Shown here: piece after piece, positions 56,701 through 64,000 of the stretch | Position numbering within the stretch: the stretch's first letter is position 1 | How the letters are laid out: the number at the start of each line of letters is the position of its first letter | NCBI RefSeq assembly: GCF_009914755.1 | Contig: NC_060943.1 | From: the human T2T-CHM13v2.0 reference genome, Homo sapiens | Length of the DNA stretch: 64,000 nucleotides | Reading direction: 5' to 3' (one strand) | The notes under the pieces: generated by a model | What the model saw: the letters and a program-made list of their open reading frames with translations, nothing else | Databases searched by the model: none | What the model was told of the DNA's origin: nothing | Position numbers and translations under genes: made by a program

Positions 56701-57420
56701 GAGTGAGACCCTATCTCCATGATAAATGAGGCCAGGTGCAGTGGTGCACACCTGTAATCCCAGCACTTTGGGAGGCCGAGACAGGCAACCACCTGAGGTC
56801 AGGAGTTCAAGAGCAGCCTGGCCATCATGGTGAAACCCCATCTCTACTAAAAATAGAAAAAATTAGCTGGACATCGTGGTGGGAACCTGTAATCCTAGCT
56901 ACTCAGGAGGCTGCAGCAGGACAATTGCTTGAAACCAAGAGGCAGAGGTTGCAGTGAGCTGAGATAGCACCATTACATTCCAGCCTGGGAAACAAGAGTG
57001 AAACTCAGTCTGAAAATGTATATATATATATATGAATAAGTAAAATTATATAAAGAAAAAGAAATAGAATGCCTGAGTAGTTTTTTATAAAGCATACAGT
57101 ATGCTGCCTACAAAAGATTCATTTTAGCAATGAGTCAAATAGGCTGATAAAGTAACAGAATGAAAAAGATGTATATCCCATGAGAATAGCAACCACAACT
57201 GAGTGAGGTGGTCATAATTATAATAGACATAATATGCTTTAAGTCAATACTGTCATGAAACAATGATTGATATTGTATTATGATAAAGTGAGTTAATATA
57301 GCAGAAATCTGTAACTATAATATTTATCTATATATATATGTGTATACAACATCAGGGCTTTAAAACGTACAAAGCAAATATTAACAAAAGTGAAGCAAGA
57401 CACACATAGCAACATAATTC

Positions 57421-58440
57421 CTGTAGGTGAATGTTTAGTAGGAAAAACTAAAAACTGTAATGGCTGCATAGGGTCAATTCATTTCACTTGTGCTTGTTGA
57501 ATTTTTTCTTCAATTAATTGAAGTTCCTCTAATGCCTCTTTAGAAAGGGAGCATTTACTGTTAAGGTCAGAATTAGCTTGTAAAGTAGAAAAAAGGTGAG
57601 ACATAGCATAGGTAGGAATGCCTAAAGATGGACAAATCCAATTAATGTCTCCTAATAAATTTGAAAATCATTTAGAGTTTTTAAATTATCTCTTTCAATT
57701 TGAACTTTTTGAGGATTATTAGTACTTTGTTCTACTTTCATTCCTAAATATTGAAAGGGAGTAGAGGTTTGGATTTTGTCAGGGGCTATGATTAATCCTG
57801 CTGCAGTCACAGACTTTTCTAACTGTTGTTAGCATAGCATTACTTCCTCTCTAGTTTCAGCTGCACATAAAATGTCATCCATGTAATGGATAATATAACT
57901 TTTTAAAATTGTTCTCTAACTGGCTTAATAGTTTTTCCGACATAAGTTTGACAAATAGTTGGGCTATTTAACATTCCTTGTGGTAATACTTTCCAATGGT
58001 ATCTGTCCGCTGGTTCTTTGTTATTTATAGTGGGAACAGTAAAAGCAAATTTTTCATAATCTTGGGTCACTAAAGGAATGGTAAAGAAAGAATCTGTTAA
58101 ATCTATCACTATTAGAGGCCAGTATTTAGGAATAATAGTTGGAGAGGGCAGCCCTGGTTGCAGTGCGCTCATGGGTTGAAATATAGCATTAACAGCCCTC
58201 AAGTCTGTTAACATTCTCCGTTTACCTGATTTTTTCTTAGTAACAAACACAGGAGAATTCCAAAGAGAGAAGGTAGGCTCTATGTGTCCCTTTCGCAATT
58301 GTTCCTGTGCCAATTCTATAAAAGCCTCCAGTTTTTCCTGTTTCAGTGGCATTGATCCACCCAAACAAGTTTGGCAGTTAACCAAACAAGGGGAATGGGA
58401 GCTGGAGGCTCAGCAATGGCCACTCCTAAAAATGATACCC
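57421..58440 (-). pseudogene. pol: HML-1 pol, RT portion only
   Basis: [31 protein letters not shown] and HYMDD. Truncated at the HSPTG motif. Confidence 0.88.
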
Positions 58441-59373
58441 TAATCCAGTTCTATCTATTTGCCCTTTTAGTTCTAAAGGTTCTGGTTGGCTATTTTCATT
58501 TTTTCCTAATCCCTTCCCCAGGAGATGTCCAATTTTTCTCATAATTTGTTTACTGTTATTACTATACTGTTCCATAGGAATAGATATTTCAGCACCCCAT
58601 TGTTGTAATAAGTCTCTACCCCATACATAGATTGAGAGGAATATGTGTAATAATAGGTTGAATTGTCCCTTCTTGGCCATCTGGCCCTTGGCATGGCAAA
58701 ATTAAAGAACTCTGAAAAACTTCTGAGGCAGTCCCTATGCCAACAATACCCATGGAAGCCTTTTCTTTGGGCATTGTCAGGGCCATTGATTTAAAGCAGT
58801 AATAGAGACATCAGCTCCAGTATCTACTAATCCTTTAAAGTCTTTACCTTGAATGGTTACTGTACAAATAGGTCTTTTGTCAGAAACTTGATTAACCTAA
58901 TGGACAGCCTTTCCTGCTGGATTCGTACTACCAAAGCCTCCTGTTCTTTTCACTGTACTACTTCCTAGCTTTGTGTAAGGTAGTAGTAATAATTGAGCAA
59001 TTCTTTCTCCTGGAGAAGCAGACCATGGAGTTGAGGAAGTAATAACTATTTGAATTTCTCTGCTATAATCAGAATCAATTATTCCCGTGTGAACAGTGAC
59101 ACCCCTTAAATTTAAACTAGACCTTCCAAGCAATAGACCAACTCTTCCTGAGGGTAAAGGGCCCCTAACTCCCATGGGGACCTTCTTTGGTGGCTCCCCA
59201 GGAAGTAAGAAAATGGGAACTGTACTGCAAAAATCTATGGCAGCAGTGCCTGCTGTGGTGGGGGACAATTGTTGTACATTTGTAAGGGCAGTGGCTGTGC
59301 CAGATATGCCTCGGTTTGTTGAGGGGCCCAAGTTGGGCACCCCTTCCTGTTTCCCGAAAGAGGTTGTCCACAT
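58426..59373 (-). pseudogene. pro: HML-1 pro (dUTPase-protease), disrupted
   Basis: GRSSLNLRGVTVHTGIIDSDY...ERIAQLLLL...RTGGFGST, LVDTGAD at ~58815-58835, WGRDLLQQW. Confidence 0.88.
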
Positions 59374-61094
59374 TTTTTTTATTTTTTATTTTTTTAAATG
59401 TTATTATTTTTATACTTTAAGTTTTAGGGTACATGTGCACAACGTGCAGGTTTGTTACATATGTATACATGTGCTATGTTGGTGTGCTGCACCCATTAAC
59501 TCATCATTTAGCATTAGGTATATCTCCTAATGCTATCCCTCCCTCCTCCCCCCACCCTGCCCATCTTTACTAAATTTAGAATGACACTGATTTGACCAGT
59601 GAATCCCTTTTTTATATCGGGGGCAGATACTGGGACTTTTTTGTTGCTTACCGGTAGTAGTCTTTGCCTGCTGATTTCCTTTTTTACATTCCTTTTTTGT
59701 GTATCCAAATTGCCCACAATTAAAAGAGACTGAGAAATGGGGCATGTTTTTTCCCCTTTAGTCCAGCCATAGCTTGAGCTAAATGAGGAGCCTTATGTAA
59801 ATTACCCCTAATGCCATCACAAGCCTTAATATATTCAGCCAAATGAGCCTTCCCTCTCATAGGTCTCATAGCAGCTTGACATTCTGCATTGGCATTATCA
59901 TATGCAAGAAGCTGTATTGTAACATCTTGAGCTGTTTTGTCAGTTATAGCTTTATGCACAGCCTCTTGGAGCTGAGGAATAAAATCAGCATATGATTCTT
60001 TAGGTCCTTGTAGGACAGAACTGAAAGAAGGATATTTTTCTCTTGTAACATTTATTCTCTCCCACGCCCATAAGCACACAGCATGCAGCTGAGAAATGGC
60101 AACATTCTCTATCACTGCCTGATTTTCTAATCACCCCCAATTAGGGCCAACTCCCATTAACTGTTCAAAACAAACAGGCACAGGTGGCTGTGCTTGTATG
60201 TTTTCTCTTGCCTGAGTTTGAGCTTCATCAGCCCACCAAGTTTTAAACTGCAAGTACTGAGATGGAGTGAGAACAGATTTTGTTAAAGTATCCCAGTCAT
60301 ATGGTATAAAGTATCCCAGTCATACGGTATTAACCTATTGTCAAGAGCCATATTTTTTAATAAAGTTTTTACAAAAGGAGAATTTGGCCCATATTGACTA
60401 ATGGCTTGTTTGAATTCCTTTAACAACTTAAAAGAAAAAGTGGCCCAATTAGCTATATTTCATCCTTCTTGTTGGGTTATAGTAACTGGAAATTGCCATG
60501 CTTCAAAGTCACCTTCAGCTCTAGCTTTTTGAATCGAATTTCGTATAGGACCACCAATCGCTCCAGGTTTTAATGTTGCAACTACAGGAGTGGTAAGTTT
60601 CTCAGCTGTTTCATTTTCTTGCCCATTATGGGGAGAGGGAGGATATGGCCATTCACTTAATTCAGCAGGTGGAATCAATGGGCTAGTAAAACATACCTTT
60701 TTCAGTTTCCCTTTGTTTTCTTTAATTTCCTCCAGTTGCTGTTCCTCACATTCAGAATCTGAAGTTAGTTTTTTACACTAGTCTGCCTCTTCCTCTTCTG
60801 AATCTGCCTTGTCATCTGTTTGAAGTGCCCCAAGAGCTGCCTTTATCAATGCCTGCACTGACCAAACAGAAACTGGAATTTTGGCTCCGTCTTTATATGC
60901 CTTTTTAAATTCTCTGCCAATTCTTTTCCATTCATCCAACTCCATAGTCTCATGTTCTGGGAACCATGGGCAAAACTGCTCTACAGTACTAAAGAGTGTC
61001 AATAAATTCTGTGTACTAACTTTCACATCTCCTCTCCATAATAAATGCCTTAGAAGTTTAAACAAGCAGAATGTTTGCTTTCATTCTGTCCCAT
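59250..61094 (-). pseudogene. gag: HML-1 gag, disrupted
   Basis: VEQFCPWFPEHETMELDEW, QGPKESYADF and CGQFGYTKKEC fragments. Stops, a 23-bp tandem duplication at ~60284-60329 and an L1 insertion. Confidence 0.88.
59374..59557 (-). mobile_element. Short L1PA (L1PA3-5-like) 3' end inserted in HML-1 gag
   Basis: Poly(T) followed by TATACTTTAAGTTTTAGGGTACATGTGCACAACGTGCAGGTTTG. Degenerate TG(T/C)CCA..TTT duplication at the flanks. Confidence 0.85.
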
Positions 61095-61241
61095 TGTTAC
61101 CCTGGTTCTTCTGAGTGCCCAGCTTAGCACTGAGCTTCTTTTAGTCATCCTCGGGTGTCCTCTGACAATATGTCCTCTGCTTCCACAAGCTCTAGCGTTC
61201 CTTCACTGGGGTCTTCATAGTCCCACATTGGGCACCAGAAA

Positions 61242-61863
61242 TGTTGGGGTGATCAGGCCCAACACCAGGCCATGTGGGCTATGAAGTCTGGCGGAGTCAA
61301 AGGATTGAGACAAGACAAGTTAAGAGTACTTAAATTGGGTCCAGGGGGCCAATGCTAGTATGGAGGCTGTGAAGGCCCCGAGCTCTGGAAGCCCACACTA
61401 TTTATCAGTGATCAGACAAATAAGCAGGTGGTAAGGACGTGCGGATGTGGGGTAAACAGGTGAGGACGTGAGGACTTCGGGCTAGAAAGGTAGCAGTGCA
61501 TCAAGTGTAGCTGTGATGGTTTCACATTTTCTTTGATGCATACGTAATATGCTGTGCTACCTGACATAATGGAGAACATGTTTATGAGCCTGGGAGAGCA
61601 AGAAACAAGGAATCAACAAGTCTGTGCCATTCCAGAGGCCAGGAGGGGTTTTATGCCCTGAGCCTTGGATTCCATCCGAGCCACGAGGGGTTTTATGCCC
61701 TGGGCTTAGATTATGGTGTGGCAAGGCAGCCTTCCACCCTTTGGCACAGAGCTTTGTGTTCCAGAGGCCACGAGGGGGTTTAGACCCTGGACACAGGACT
61801 TGTTCCAAGACCCTTTTACATTAGGACAAACAAGCTAGTCCTGCCTCAGCTCTTCTACCAACA
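61242..61863 (-). promoter_or_regulatory. LTR14B-like 5' LTR of HML-1 provirus
   Basis: TGTTGGTAGAAGAGCTGAGG...CCCCAACA followed by TTTC TGGTGCCCAATGTGGGAC. Inserted into an Alu (remnant 61864-61927). Confidence 0.88.
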
Positions 61864-61927
61864 GTGATCCACCCACCTCAGCTGCTCAAAGTGCTGGGAT
61901 CACAGGCATGAACCACCATGCCCAGTC

Positions 61928-64000
<2,073 letters not shown>

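Larger units (their letters stand above)
57421..61863 (-). mobile_element. HERV-K14 (HML-1)-type provirus, 3'-truncated (LTR-gag-pro-RT only)
   Basis: LTR14B-like 5' LTR 61242-61863, PBS-Lys 61220-61237, gag ATG at 61094 (MGQNESKH), dUTPase/protease ORFs and [12 protein letters not shown]. Ends abruptly at 57421. Confidence 0.9.

Overview
Human, repeat-dense DNA from a ZNF91-subfamily KRAB zinc-finger cluster. The human call rests on an AluYa5 and an AluYb8-type end. The region is most likely chr19p12, and the provirus size and type fit my recollection of the HML-2 locus 19p12a (not verified). No intact protein-coding gene is present. Main contents: (1) a ~10.1 kb defective type-2 HERV-K(HML-2/OLD) provirus (16092-26206, +) whose two LTRs belong to different LTR5 subgroups and whose flanks lack a TSD, with an Alu in integrase and a CpG-rich foreign solo LTR in env; (2) a + strand ZNF93/ZNF737-like KRAB-ZNF pseudogene (KRAB-A 34589-34715, KRAB-B 37331-37426, finger exon from 42405) with no exon 1, an SVA in intron 2 and a frameshift just before the first finger; (3) an exon-less inverted copy of ZNF introns left of the provirus; (4) a 3'-truncated HERV-K14 (HML-1)-type provirus (57421-61863, -) at a second rearrangement junction; (5) solo LTR7, LTR14B and LTR10C, two retrocopied 3'UTRs, L1 fragments and many Alus. 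The most interesting inference is that the HERV-K leader has an ATG exactly five codons before its major splice donor, in phase with the orphaned KRAB-A exon. This predicts a virus-promoted ~179-aa KRAB-only protein. Repeat family names come from recalled consensus sequences, not from a database search.
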